Source: an uncultured euryarchaeote
GTDB lineage: Archaea; Thermoplasmatota; Poseidoniia; Poseidoniales; Poseidoniaceae
NCBI GenBank assembly: GCA_937899865.1
Contig: CALBRH010000025.1
Location: 32,001 to 96,000 of the forward strand
Direction of reading: 5' to 3'
DNA: 64,000 bases
The notes beneath the pieces were generated by a model. That model had not been told where the DNA came from. It saw nothing but the letters and a program-made list of their open reading frames with translations, and did no database searches. Of the stretch, positions 30,143-40,286 are shown one piece after another. The position numbers were made by a program, and so were the translations under genes. Positions within the stretch are counted from its first letter, which is position 1. Each line of letters opens with the position of its first letter.

Positions 30143-31918
30143 GTGAGTCTTTTGTCCAAAATTATCGGCTTGTTACAAATTGATTCTACAGTCGGTGATT
30201 TGGCAGGTAATGCAAAACGATTGGAATTGTTAGCAAATATCGCTAACCAAAACGGAGCCAAATTGGCAGTTGCTACCGAGTTGGCAATCTGTGGCTATCC
30301 ACCTCGTGATCTATTACTGCAACCAGATTTCATCACTACTTCATTTGAATCCGCTAAATCTCTGAATGTGGATATTCCAGTACTTGTTGGGACTCCAGTT
30401 CCATCCGAGCACGAGAGGAATTTGCCTGCTAATGGGGTAGTACGTTCTGGATTACTAAACGCATCGCCAAATGGAGAAAACACCAATAGAGTGGTGGCCA
30501 AAAAACAACTTTTACCTTCATATGACGTTTTTGATGAAACAAGATATTTTTCACCGGCAAATCGTTCTGGTATTTGTCGCTCAATCGGTGATATTGACCT
30601 TGGAGTGACAATCTGTGAGGATGCTTGGCAAGCTGCGGGAATGACACCATCTACATATGGACAAGACCCAATCGAGAGCCTTGCTGAGTGGGGGCGACAA
30701 GGTGTAGCACTTGATGCTACGGTTAATCTTTCAGCCTCGCCGTACCACGCTGATAAAGTAAGTACAAGAATAGAAGTTTGTCGTACAGCCGCCCGTATTT
30801 TACAACATCCATTTTTACTGTCCAATCAAGTTGGAGGCAATGATGATTTGTTATTCGATGGTTGCTCATTGGTAGCATGGCCAAACGGTAGAGTAGTGGT
30901 TGCACCTGCTTGGCAAGAAGGAGTTTTACTGGTTGATTTAGAACAGCCAGATAACTGTAAATGGGTAGGTATGGATAGTAGTGATGCGCTCTCAATTGGT
31001 AGTGATGAAATCAAATTCCTTGCTAGCGAATCAGATGGTCACGAAGATTCTGCATCATTAATCGAAGACATTACCGATGCTGTGATTACTGGACTTGCTG
31101 ATTATTGTCGTAAATCTGGTATCAAAAAGATAGTTCTGGGATTATCAGGTGGTATCGATTCAGCTGTTGCTGCTTGTGTTGCATGTGCAGCAGTAGGTTC
31201 GAAAAATGTGCTTGGAATTGCGATGCCAAGTCGATTTTCATCACAACACTCACTGGATGATGCACAGTATACTGCTAATTCTCTTGGTATGGAATTCAAA
31301 ATACAATCTATCGATGATATGCATTCGACATTGGAATCCCAAATCAGTAGCGTACTCGAAAATGGTAATCCCGTGGCATCTGAAAATATTCAGTCACGTT
31401 TGCGTGGAATAATTGTCATGGCTCATGCTAATGCGCAAAATAGAATGGCGATTGCAACCGGAAATAAATCCGAACTCGCTCAAGGTTATTGCACATTATA
31501 TGGCGATATGGCTGGAGGTTACACGCCACTTGGCGACTTGTATAAGATGCAGGTTTACGCCCTTGCAGAAATTTTCAATCAACGCGCAATAGCCATTGGC
31601 CAAGCGCCACCAGTGAATCAATCAACATTAACAAAACCACCATCTGCAGAGTTGGCACCAAATCAGAAAGATGAAGACTCATTACCGCCATATGAGGTAT
31701 TGGATGAGATATTAAGACTCCATATTGAAAATACTATGGATGCAGATGATATTGTTAATGCGGGATATGACCGTTCTGTTGTAGTCGATGTACTTACTAG
31801 ACTTGAGCGCAATGAGCACAAGCGCTGGCAAATGTCACCAGCACCTCGTGTGACTGGTAAAGCGTTTGGTCAAGGTTGGCGTAGACCATTAGCATCAAGA
31901 CATGATTGGCGTGATTGA
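30143..31918 (+). CDS. nadE: Glutamine-dependent NAD+ synthetase
   Basis: Nitrilase triad motifs TELAICGY, KKQLLPSYDVFDE, TICEDAW; synthetase motifs LGLSGGIDSA, ENIQSRLRG, TGNKSE, KPPSAEL. Confidence 0.95.
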   Translation: MSLLSKIIGLLQIDSTVGDLAGNAKRLELLANIANQNGAKLAVATELAICGYPPRDLLLQPDFITTSFESAKSLNVDIPVLVGTPVPSEHERNLPANGVVRSGLLNASPNGENTNRVVAKKQLLPSYDVFDETRYFSPANRSGICRSIGDIDLGVTICEDAWQAAGMTPSTYGQDPIESLAEWGRQGVALDATVNLSASPYHADKVSTRIEVCRTAARILQHPFLLSNQVGGNDDLLFDGCSLVAWPNGRVVVAPAWQEGVLLVDLEQPDNCKWVGMDSSDALSIGSDEIKFLASESDGHEDSASLIEDITDAVITGLADYCRKSGIKKIVLGLSGGIDSAVAACVACAAVGSKNVLGIAMPSRFSSQHSLDDAQYTANSLGMEFKIQSIDDMHSTLESQISSVLENGNPVASENIQSRLRGIIVMAHANAQNRMAIATGNKSELAQGYCTLYGDMAGGYTPLGDLYKMQVYALAEIFNQRAIAIGQAPPVNQSTLTKPPSAELAPNQKDEDSLPPYEVLDEILRLHIENTMDADDIVNAGYDRSVVVDVLTRLERNEHKRWQMSPAPRVTGKAFGQGWRRPLASRHDWRD

Positions 31919-31957
31919 ATTCGATGGTCATAAAAATCAACTGCTTTACCTCGGGTT

Positions 31958-32794
31958 ATGTCCGGCGAAGTTGTCAACATTGCAGGCTATCGGTTCACCG
32001 ATATGCCTGACCGTGATGATTTACGACAGCCATTTAGAGACTTATGTGATAAATTAGACCTAAAAGGTACAATACTACTGGCTCATGAAGGAATAAATTT
32101 CTTTCTTGCCGGAAGCAAAACAGCAATTGACTCATTTGTAACTTCTCTAGAAGAAGATGAACGATTTCGCGACATTCCTCTCAAGATTTCATATTCTGAT
32201 TATCAACCATTTCGTCGAATGAATGTTCGACTAAAAAAAGAGATTATTTCACTCGGTCTTGACCACATCAAACCGGCAGAAATGACTGGTGATGAGATTG
32301 ATCCAATGGAATTTAAACAAATGCTCGATGCTGGAGAAGAGGTAGTTGTACTTGATACTCGTAACGAATATGAGTGCCGCATTGGAACTTTTGAGAATGC
32401 ATTGGAACTTAACATACGCTCATTTAGAGACTTTCCTAAAGCGATTGAGGAAATTGATGAGGAACTCAAGGATAAGCCGGTAGTTATGTTTTGTACTGGT
32501 GGAATTCGATGTGAGAAAGCGAGTGTTGTCATGATGGATGCAGGTTTTTCTAATGTTAAACAGTTGAAAGGTGGTATCCTTGGTTACTTCGAACAAGTCG
32601 GCGGCGATTATTGGAATGGCGATTGCTTTGTTTTCGATAGAAGAGTAGCAGTTAATCCTCAACTTGAGGAGACTGATGTAGTACAATGCTATGCCTGTAG
32701 AGAACCATTACTTCTTGAAGAACAAAATACAGGTGAATATGTTATAGCTCAATCATGCCCGTATTGTTCAGGAAAGAATAACTCACCAAATTAG
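31958..32794 (+). CDS. trhO: Oxygen-dependent tRNA U34 hydroxylase TrhO (UPF0176/YceA rhodanese family)
   Basis: GTILLAHEGIN, FRRMNVRLKKEII, LDTRNEYE, MFCTGGIRCEKAS, QLKGGIL, WNGDCFVFDRR, CxxC...CPYC. Confidence 0.9.
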   Translation: MSGEVVNIAGYRFTDMPDRDDLRQPFRDLCDKLDLKGTILLAHEGINFFLAGSKTAIDSFVTSLEEDERFRDIPLKISYSDYQPFRRMNVRLKKEIISLGLDHIKPAEMTGDEIDPMEFKQMLDAGEEVVVLDTRNEYECRIGTFENALELNIRSFRDFPKAIEEIDEELKDKPVVMFCTGGIRCEKASVVMMDAGFSNVKQLKGGILGYFEQVGGDYWNGDCFVFDRRVAVNPQLEETDVVQCYACREPLLLEEQNTGEYVIAQSCPYCSGKNNSPN

Positions 32795-35002
32795 CCACTC
32801 GTCATTCAAGGTTAATGGACTCCACAAATGCAATTCATGGCCAGATATTCCATCATCAGCAACAAACATTACCAATTCATTATTACCAACTAAATCACCA
32901 TAGTTTGTCGCATCTGAATTATTTCCAATACCAGTCCATGGGTCGTATACTAACTTAGCCTGTAATGTTGTAACATCGAAACTCCACAAACAATGACCGG
33001 TATCAAGACCACCTTCCTCGCCATTAGCGATGATTAGGAGATGGTTATCAGTAGCCATCATTCCTCTGATTTCAGCTGAGTTCATGCCTGGTTGGAATTC
33101 ATGAATTACCTTAGTGCCTGTAGTAGTTCCATCACTCACACACAACTCTTCTGCAGTGCTGCCGGTAATACAGTCAAACCAAATTCTGTTATCGAGAATT
33201 ACTGGCTCAACTCGCTCACTTGGAGCAACCATTAGGCTTGATAGTTCGGTTACAGTATTACTTAGCAAATCATAACTCCAAACGGTTGGATCAACACCGG
33301 AAATCTGAGCATCAAATATTATCTTGTTTGCAAGTAGATTTAACCCAAGGTTTTCCCCTACGTTAGTTGGTGGGTTCCCATTACTTTGCAAGGTCATACT
33401 GGTTAACCATGAATGACTGCCATCAGTTTGTAATTCGACTAATTGTCGTCCATTTATTCCATCATCAGCAACTAAAATTGTACTTTGTCCAAGAGATAAA
33501 ATGGCATTAGGTGAACTATCTTCAAAGCTGTTTAAATTCCAAGACATTAGTTGACCATCATTGCTCAAGTAATGCATTTCAAATCCAATATCATCGTGGA
33601 TTCCAGAAAACCAAATTCCAGATTCATCAACAACAAAAGTAGTACTGGTGTGAGATGAGATTTTGTTTTGTACAGGATCCAATAGAATTTGGGCGTCCAG
33701 TCCAATAAATGGTGCATCGAATAAATTGTATAGACTCACGCCATCAGTCCACATCAAATCATAATTGGAGTCGGAGAAAACTAAACCATTCATCCATACT
33801 ATACTGACAGAGTCAGCAATGATTCCATCACCGCTGTATCCAGTGAGTTGCTGGGTGCCACTTGCAGATAGATTACTAGTCCATAATTCACGACCATTGA
33901 CTCCACTATTTGCATCAAATAGCCATAATTCTTCATCATTGACAGTTAGTGATGTAAATCCTAAGTGAAGCCCAGGGCTAGAATCAGCATTGCCAGGATT
34001 GATGTCGATAAGTTGCTGAGTTGTATCAGATGTGCCATGACTAGTCCACAATTCACAACCCGAGGCGCTATCGCTTCCAGAAGTGATAACCATACTATGA
34101 GTTGTAGACCAAGCAAATTCAGAACATTGGCTTGAGTAACCATCAGATACTCCAACAAAGAAATCAGAAATAGGTCCAAAATTTAATGGCTCACTACAAA
34201 TCTTTAGTGATTCAACTATCTCGTCATCATGCATAATCTCATCATCTGCAACTCCATCACCATTGCCGTTATCAACTCCGAAATTTATGACAAATCCATT
34301 ACTACAGAGATGTTGAGGGGGGTCGATTCTCTCAACCAATGCTGAATGGCCGCTTGTGCCATCTGCACCATTTATGCCGTTAGCGCCAATCATTCCGTTA
34401 CAGACGAATTCTGAACTGGTGATTTCTTCAGCATCCAATGTATCATTGTCATTAAGATCCAAGCCTACTGAAATTAGTAGACCACCGTACATGCAGGATT
34501 CATTGCCATAATCAATGACAGTTGTGTTTACAAGACTATCAAATCCAGGTATGCCGTTAGGACCAGTAGCTCCTTGAGGCCCAGACAATCCTTCCTTACC
34601 GTGACATAATCTGGTAGTTGAGGTGACTTCATCTTCTTCGAGAATACCATTTCGATTACTATCGTTGCCGATGAAGATATCTGCTCCTCCTTCAGTACAA
34701 ATGTGGTCTGCTTCACGCCCTTCTGTACGAACTAAAACCTCTGTGGCATCATTGCCAGATTTGCTTGTTGGGTCGTCTAAGGAATCGATAATGGTAAATG
34801 AGTATGCAGATAGTATTAGAGCAATAATGATGCTAATTGTTTGGATGGCAAGCATAATTCTTTTTTTAGGAATCTTGTCATTGCTCTCATCTTGTTCAAC
34901 ATTTATGCTACCATCAAGTGGAGGAATGGGTTTGATTGGGGAATCATTAGCAGGTTCTCCTGCAATAGGTCTGATATCATCAAGTTGAGAACTATTGTTC
35001 AT
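32783..35002 (-). CDS. Type II membrane protein: Cys-paired repeats with collagen-like spacers and an ELWxxDGT-type beta-propeller
   Basis: N-proximal TM; three C-x-x-G(G)...G.D.N......E......C modules; G-X-Y runs; ELWTSHGT, ELWTSNLS, ELCVSDGT, ELHLW repeats. Confidence 0.75.
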   Translation of the reverse strand: MNNSSQLDDIRPIAGEPANDSPIKPIPPLDGSINVEQDESNDKIPKKRIMLAIQTISIIIALILSAYSFTIIDSLDDPTSKSGNDATEVLVRTEGREADHICTEGGADIFIGNDSNRNGILEEDEVTSTTRLCHGKEGLSGPQGATGPNGIPGFDSLVNTTVIDYGNESCMYGGLLISVGLDLNDNDTLDAEEITSSEFVCNGMIGANGINGADGTSGHSALVERIDPPQHLCSNGFVINFGVDNGNGDGVADDEIMHDDEIVESLKICSEPLNFGPISDFFVGVSDGYSSQCSEFAWSTTHSMVITSGSDSASGCELWTSHGTSDTTQQLIDINPGNADSSPGLHLGFTSLTVNDEELWLFDANSGVNGRELWTSNLSASGTQQLTGYSGDGIIADSVSIVWMNGLVFSDSNYDLMWTDGVSLYNLFDAPFIGLDAQILLDPVQNKISSHTSTTFVVDESGIWFSGIHDDIGFEMHYLSNDGQLMSWNLNSFEDSSPNAILSLGQSTILVADDGINGRQLVELQTDGSHSWLTSMTLQSNGNPPTNVGENLGLNLLANKIIFDAQISGVDPTVWSYDLLSNTVTELSSLMVAPSERVEPVILDNRIWFDCITGSTAEELCVSDGTTTGTKVIHEFQPGMNSAEIRGMMATDNHLLIIANGEEGGLDTGHCLWSFDVTTLQAKLVYDPWTGIGNNSDATNYGDLVGNNELVMFVADDGISGHELHLWSPLTLNDEWLIW

Positions 35003-35107
35003 GGTGATATATCAGAACCTCAATGATATCAAAACTTCCGGTTGAATTGTCAATTAATTGGTCCTTTAGGGGTTTAGTTCATGAGATAGATAGTACACCC
35101 GAGTATC

Positions 35108-36880
35108 ATGGACTTGCCAGATAGGCTTGCTGCTCAACTAGCAGGGGATGAAGGGAAGACCAGGCAAAAGGCCGCAAGATTAGTAGTAGATTTAGCAGAA
35201 ATTGCTAATGCTGAAGGCTTTATTGAAGTTGATAATGCTCATGTTTCAGGAGTTTCAGTAATCACTGGGGGGCATGGTCTTCGACGCTTCCTTTCCGATT
35301 TATCAGATGACGAAGATGGTCAAGTTGCAATCACTACAACATTGAATTCAGCGGGTTGCGATAAGGAAAAAATGCAAGAGATGGATATTGATTGGCCAGA
35401 TTTTCTTGAACAGCAATTTGAAATTATTCATGCATACGAGCGTTTGGGAATTGAGGCTACCTTATCTTGCACACCTTATGACCGAGGAATAGAATTAGAT
35501 TCGGGAGTAGCATCTTGGGCAGAATCAAATGCTGTTTGTTTTTCTAACTCTTGGACTTCATTGATTACTAATCGAGAATCCGGATTATCCGCATTGGCTA
35601 CTGCATTAACTGGCTTTGCTCCGAAGTGGGGTCTTCATTTATCGAAGAACCGGGTGCCAAATATTCTAGTAAATATTTCATGTGAACTTAGCGAACTTGC
35701 TGATTGGTCAATCCTCGGCGATTGGATTGGTAAACAGGTCAGGCCCGATTGGGATTTGTCTTGGGGGCCGATGCCATTTATTCGAGGAATGCCTGAACAT
35801 GTTTCCTTTGCCAGCAAAAAAGCCTTGACAGCTGCAGCAGCAAATTATGGCTGCCCAATGTTGTGGGCAGAAGGCCATAGTGCAGATCCACCGCTTGATA
35901 AAAATGCGAATGGAGAGTGGCTTGAACCAAAATTAGGCTGGGCAGGTGTGCTTGAATTTACTGAGGAAGACCTAATCCAACGATACCAAGATTTAGCACC
36001 TAAGGGTCAAGTAGATTTGGTCGTCATTGGGTGTCCACAAGCAAGTCTTGAAGAGATTAGAAGGACTGCTTCAGCAGTTCGTTCATACGCAGAGATGGGT
36101 GCAAAAATACCTAACAACAGATTATGGTTGTTTACTAGTGGTGAGAATTATCAATTAGCTAGTGAAGATGGTAGTATCGATTTGTTAGAAGATGCAGGAG
36201 TAGTAATTTTACAAGATACCTGTCCAGAGGTCACACCATACAATCGTCAGCATTACAATCATTTGCTTACTAATTCTCTAAAGGCTGAGCATTATTTGAC
36301 AAGTGGGCTAAACCGAATACCTACCAGTGTTATGTCGATTCAGGATTGCGTAGCTCATGCTTTTGATCCAGACTTGTCAAAGGGGGAAAGGCCAGTATTT
36401 TCAACCAAGGCTCAACCTCAACACCAATCTTCAAAATCACTGCGTACAGGAGAATATAGTGCACAAGGTAACGGACTTTCCTCACAGGGTGATTTTACAA
36501 TTACAGGTAGGGCTATGTCTACAGATGTTGCAATAACTTATCTTGGCTATGTTAATCGTGACACAGGTGTTATTGAAGAGACAGGCCATCCTCTTGACGG
36601 TCAAGCGATTGAGGACACCATTCTCATCTATCCCAAGGGCTCAGGCTCAACCGTAGCACCATATGTTTTGATGGGATTGATTTACACCGACAAAGGCCCT
36701 AAGGGAATTGTAAATCGAGATATCTGCTCACTAACCATTCCTGCATGTTCCTTGCTAAATTTGCCCTATGGTCATGGATTTGAATCCGATCCATGTATGG
36801 AAGTAAATACTGGTGATTTGGTTGAGATGAGTAAAGTTGGCGATAAGGTTACACTTACTGTCCTTGAGCGAGCCGATTGA
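35108..36880 (+). CDS. Aconitase X, fused large (DUF521) + small (DUF126) subunit; probable phosphomevalonate dehydratase
   Basis: AHVSGVS, CTPYD, WAESNA, NRES, IGCPQAS, QDTCP in the N-part; ITYLGYVNRDTGVIEETGHPLDGQ and PKGSGST in the C-part. Confidence 0.8.
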   Translation: MDLPDRLAAQLAGDEGKTRQKAARLVVDLAEIANAEGFIEVDNAHVSGVSVITGGHGLRRFLSDLSDDEDGQVAITTTLNSAGCDKEKMQEMDIDWPDFLEQQFEIIHAYERLGIEATLSCTPYDRGIELDSGVASWAESNAVCFSNSWTSLITNRESGLSALATALTGFAPKWGLHLSKNRVPNILVNISCELSELADWSILGDWIGKQVRPDWDLSWGPMPFIRGMPEHVSFASKKALTAAAANYGCPMLWAEGHSADPPLDKNANGEWLEPKLGWAGVLEFTEEDLIQRYQDLAPKGQVDLVVIGCPQASLEEIRRTASAVRSYAEMGAKIPNNRLWLFTSGENYQLASEDGSIDLLEDAGVVILQDTCPEVTPYNRQHYNHLLTNSLKAEHYLTSGLNRIPTSVMSIQDCVAHAFDPDLSKGERPVFSTKAQPQHQSSKSLRTGEYSAQGNGLSSQGDFTITGRAMSTDVAITYLGYVNRDTGVIEETGHPLDGQAIEDTILIYPKGSGSTVAPYVLMGLIYTDKGPKGIVNRDICSLTIPACSLLNLPYGHGFESDPCMEVNTGDLVEMSKVGDKVTLTVLERAD

Positions 36881-36881
36881 T

Positions 36882-37841
36882 ATGTCAGATATGCGAATTT
36901 TAGTTACTGGTGGAGCTGGATTTATCGGTTCATCACTGTGTGAGTCATTGGTTTCAATGGGCCATAAAGTGGTGGCAATAGACTCTATGTTTCGTGGTAG
37001 TGAAGATAACCTTGATGCAATCCTTGGCAGTGAAAATTTTTCCTTGTATGCTGGTGATGTTAGAGATGTTGACGACTTAGACACTTGTGTTGAAGCATTA
37101 GGAGGCCTGGATTTAGTTTACCATCTTGCTGCAATCAACGGCACGAAATGGTTTCATGAAGCAGCACATTCGGTAATTGATGTTAATGTCAATGGCACTC
37201 TTAGGACCTTAGAATTAGCCATGGCTCATGATGCAAAATATGTCTTTGCATCTTCACCAGAAGCATTTGGTGAACCATTATCTCAGCCAATAACTGATGG
37301 CGATTCGATGGTATTTACTGACCCTAGAGAGCACCAAAGACATTCATATGGTGGTAGTAAGTATTTGGGAGAAATCGCTTGTCAACATGCAGCTAGAGAT
37401 GGTTTGAATGTACAAATTATCCGCCCATTCAATACCTATGGTCCAAGATTGTGTGGTGATGAATACGGTCAGGTAATTGCAATGTTTTTCAATCAACTAA
37501 TTGATTCAGGAGTTTTGGCTGTTCATGGTGATGGCAGCCAAACTAGGAGTTTTACTTGGATTGATGATGTTGTCAAAGGCTTTGTCAGTGCAGGTATGCA
37601 AGACTTACCAACTGGAGAAGCATTCAATCTTGGCTCAACTGAAGAAATCTCAATTATTGATTTAGCAACTAAAATAACTCAATTTGGCGAGGATGTTGAT
37701 TTGATTCACAGTGAAGGATATCATGGCGATGTTAAACGAAGGTTGCCAAATATTTCCAACAGCGAGAAATTTCTCAATTGGAAAGCAAAAGTCTCACTCG
37801 ATGAGGGTTTGGAAATGATGTGGAACTCACTCAATCTTTAG
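36882..37841 (+). CDS. NAD-dependent epimerase/dehydratase (extended SDR; UDP-glucuronate decarboxylase-like)
   Basis: ILVTGGAGFIG, YHLAA, ASSPE, YGGSK, RPFNTYGP, QTRSF. ATG 36882. Confidence 0.88.
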   Translation: MSDMRILVTGGAGFIGSSLCESLVSMGHKVVAIDSMFRGSEDNLDAILGSENFSLYAGDVRDVDDLDTCVEALGGLDLVYHLAAINGTKWFHEAAHSVIDVNVNGTLRTLELAMAHDAKYVFASSPEAFGEPLSQPITDGDSMVFTDPREHQRHSYGGSKYLGEIACQHAARDGLNVQIIRPFNTYGPRLCGDEYGQVIAMFFNQLIDSGVLAVHGDGSQTRSFTWIDDVVKGFVSAGMQDLPTGEAFNLGSTEEISIIDLATKITQFGEDVDLIHSEGYHGDVKRRLPNISNSEKFLNWKAKVSLDEGLEMMWNSLNL

Positions 37842-38643
37842 TTCCATAATGCTTGTCTACTTTTTTTGACCATCCGTTTGGTGCTGCCATGATATTGTCC
37901 ATGCCATGTTGTGTCAAGACATCTAATCCCGTTTCAGGAATATTATCGCTCGAAGTCCAGATGTGAGTTACTTTCATGACTGCAAGTCTTGCAACAGCAT
38001 TTGGCAATTCTTTTTCTTCAACAAGTTCTACTTCAATTGCAGCAATCGCTTGTTGGATTAACATATCTTCGTCATCATTTGGTGTGACATCAATAAGATC
38101 CCATTCGCTTTCTTCTGTCGAGATTGGACTGCCCGCCATATCAATCCAATCAACTGCTTGTAAAGTACTTGGCATTACATGAAGAATTGCTTTACCGGTC
38201 TGGCGCATATTTAGTAAAGTCCCTCGGTATTGCTTGTGTTTGTTTCTACTAAATGATGCGATAAATAGCGGAGGAGTGTTAGATACGCCCATTACAGATG
38301 TAAGCGGAGCGAGATTTTTGATACCGTTCTCATCAATTGTCGAAGCAAGAATCAATGGACGTGGAGAGACGATTCCTGCCAACCAAGCAGAACGTTCTTT
38401 ATGGTCCATTTCCATTATATCAATGCGCTTAGGGCTACTTAGATTTGGTCTGGATTTTCTTTCGAACCATGCGTCAAGTTTCCCTGTATGGATTTCATCG
38501 ATTGCATGTTGGGTAAATTCGATGTATGTTTGCCAAGCAGGGATTAGTTCATTTTCACCGCGTTCTCTCTTTCTTGTTATCGAATCATTTGCATAATCAA
38601 TACATTTCCTGAGGAAGTCTGCAACAACAGCTTTTCTATCCAT
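37831..38643 (-). CDS. Flavin reductase-like (DIM6/NTAB) protein with an extra N-terminal helical domain
   Basis: IVSPRPLILASTIDENGIKNLAP, K.T..N motif region (GTLLNM). Confidence 0.7.
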   Translation of the reverse strand: MDRKAVVADFLRKCIDYANDSITRKRERGENELIPAWQTYIEFTQHAIDEIHTGKLDAWFERKSRPNLSSPKRIDIMEMDHKERSAWLAGIVSPRPLILASTIDENGIKNLAPLTSVMGVSNTPPLFIASFSRNKHKQYRGTLLNMRQTGKAILHVMPSTLQAVDWIDMAGSPISTEESEWDLIDVTPNDDEDMLIQQAIAAIEVELVEEKELPNAVARLAVMKVTHIWTSSDNIPETGLDVLTQHGMDNIMAAPNGWSKKVDKHYGTKD

Positions 38644-38671
38644 CTAATCACCTCCAGTTATTCCAATATAA

Positions 38672-39142
38672 TTAGCGCTTGGCATCATATTCTTCTCTTG
38701 TCATCAAATAGGTCGCAGGATTGCCTGCCCAAACTTCGTCATTTGGCAAGGATTTTGTTAATACTGCACCAGCAGCCAGAACTGAATTTTGGCCAATATT
38801 ACACCCTGGTATTATTGTTGCACCTCCTCCAATAACTGAATTGTGGCCAACTGTAATTGGTTGCCATAATTGTTTATTGCCCGATGGAGGATAGCGATCA
38901 TTCAGTAATGTAGCATTAGGTCCAATGAATACTTCATCACCTAAAATACAGCGATCAGCGATATAGGCGCCACCTTGTATTCGGCACCTGTCTCCTATAG
39001 TTACATCTCTGCCAACATGAGCTAAAGCACCAATAGAACAATCACTTCCAATATTCAAACCTGTTCCAATTGCACATGGTGACCAAGCAACACTGTTGTT
39101 TGGCAACTCAATCCTTTCATTAGGAGAGAAGCCACTCGACAA
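38672..39142 (-). CDS. Hexapeptide-repeat (left-handed beta-helix) acyltransferase, sugar N/O-acetyltransferase-like
   Basis: IGSDCSIG, IGDRCRIQ, LGDEVFIGPN, IGGGATIIPG, WAGNPA. Confidence 0.85.
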   Translation of the reverse strand: MSSGFSPNERIELPNNSVAWSPCAIGTGLNIGSDCSIGALAHVGRDVTIGDRCRIQGGAYIADRCILGDEVFIGPNATLLNDRYPPSGNKQLWQPITVGHNSVIGGGATIIPGCNIGQNSVLAAGAVLTKSLPNDEVWAGNPATYLMTREEYDAKR

Positions 39143-39151
39143 ATTATCGCC

Positions 39152-39634
39152 TCACGCAATGCCAAGTTCAGTAATTAATTTTTCAACATGGCCTTTCGCT
39201 CTTACGCCATATCCAACCCATTTCAGATTGCCATCACTGCCAATTACGAAGGTAGATCGTGAAGTTCCCATGTAGGTTCTTCCATACATGCTCTTTTCTC
39301 TCCAAGTACCATACAATTCATGCAGTGAAGTATCTTCATCCATCAATAATGGGAAGTTAAGGTCCTGCTTAGCAATGAATTTATCATGTGATTTAGCAGA
39401 ATCCTTTGACACTCCAAGTACAACGTAGTCGCCGTTATTCAAACGCGACATAGAATCTCTAAAGTCACAAGCTTGATTAGTACATCCTGGAGTAGAATCT
39501 TTTGGATAGAAATACAAAATTACTGTTTTTCCATCTTTCATATATTGTTCTAAAGAATGCTTTTCTCCACTAGAATCTAGACATGAAAATTTGGGTGCGG
39601 CCTGGCCAACTTCGAGATTAATTACATCGCTCAT
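39152..39634 (-). CDS. bcp: Peroxiredoxin Q / bacterioferritin comigratory protein
   Basis: LYFYPKDSTPGCTNQACDFRD, RSTFVI. Confidence 0.93.
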   Translation of the reverse strand: MSDVINLEVGQAAPKFSCLDSSGEKHSLEQYMKDGKTVILYFYPKDSTPGCTNQACDFRDSMSRLNNGDYVVLGVSKDSAKSHDKFIAKQDLNFPLLMDEDTSLHELYGTWREKSMYGRTYMGTSRSTFVIGSDGNLKWVGYGVRAKGHVEKLITELGIA

Positions 39635-39845
39635 GCACAAACCTATCCGATACTATTGATGAATTATTGCATTTTGGCATATTTTTGTGAAAAATCCGAT
39701 ATTTATGTCTAAATTCGTTAAAATTTATGGCAAAAATGTGGCTTAGTGAGCCTTTTATGCACTTTGAATGAAAAACCATTCATTACGACTTAAAGCCCCC
39801 TAAGCAACCGATTCTTTGAATAACTGCCTTGTACAACCCGTGGCT

Positions 39846-40286
39846 ATGGTAGGGCTACGTCTGTCTCGTCGAGCCCGAAAGTTTCTGAAGAAGATTCAAC
39901 GCGCTCCAGGCAAATATGAACTCCAAGAAGCGGCCTCTACAATCCAAGCAGAATTGGATAAGCGACTAATTTCTTATGATGAGGCATTGACTCTCGGCAA
40001 CATCATTCAACATCGTGCTGATCAATTCGTTGACGATGATACAATTGTCTATGCGATTTCAGACCGCGATGCTTATCGAAGGACATTGGAGTTGTATCTA
40101 AGAGATGCACTCTTAAGCAAGACAGAGCAACTACTGTTGTGGGAAGAAAGGCGCCGTTTAGGAATCAGCGATAGGGATCACGAACGCCTTCTTGAGCAAT
40201 TACTTGCTCAGTGGAGGAAACAGGGTAAGAAGGTCAATATCGATAGTTTCGAAGCTCCTAAAGGAGGAGGTGGAGTTTCTGCTTAA
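39846..40286 (+). CDS. Hypothetical helical protein (C-terminus weakly TerB-like)
   Basis: ATG 39846; D.LLSKTEQLLL...RRRLGISDRDH pattern; overlaps the next gene. Confidence 0.55.
   Translation: MVGLRLSRRARKFLKKIQRAPGKYELQEAASTIQAELDKRLISYDEALTLGNIIQHRADQFVDDDTIVYAISDRDAYRRTLELYLRDALLSKTEQLLLWEERRRLGISDRDHERLLEQLLAQWRKQGKKVNIDSFEAPKGGGGVSA

Noticed and set aside
39640-39845. 200-bp AT-rich intergenic region as possible ncRNA or origin
   Set aside because: No ORB-like repeats, no adjacent cdc6, and only a 6-bp inverted repeat; best explained as divergent promoters.
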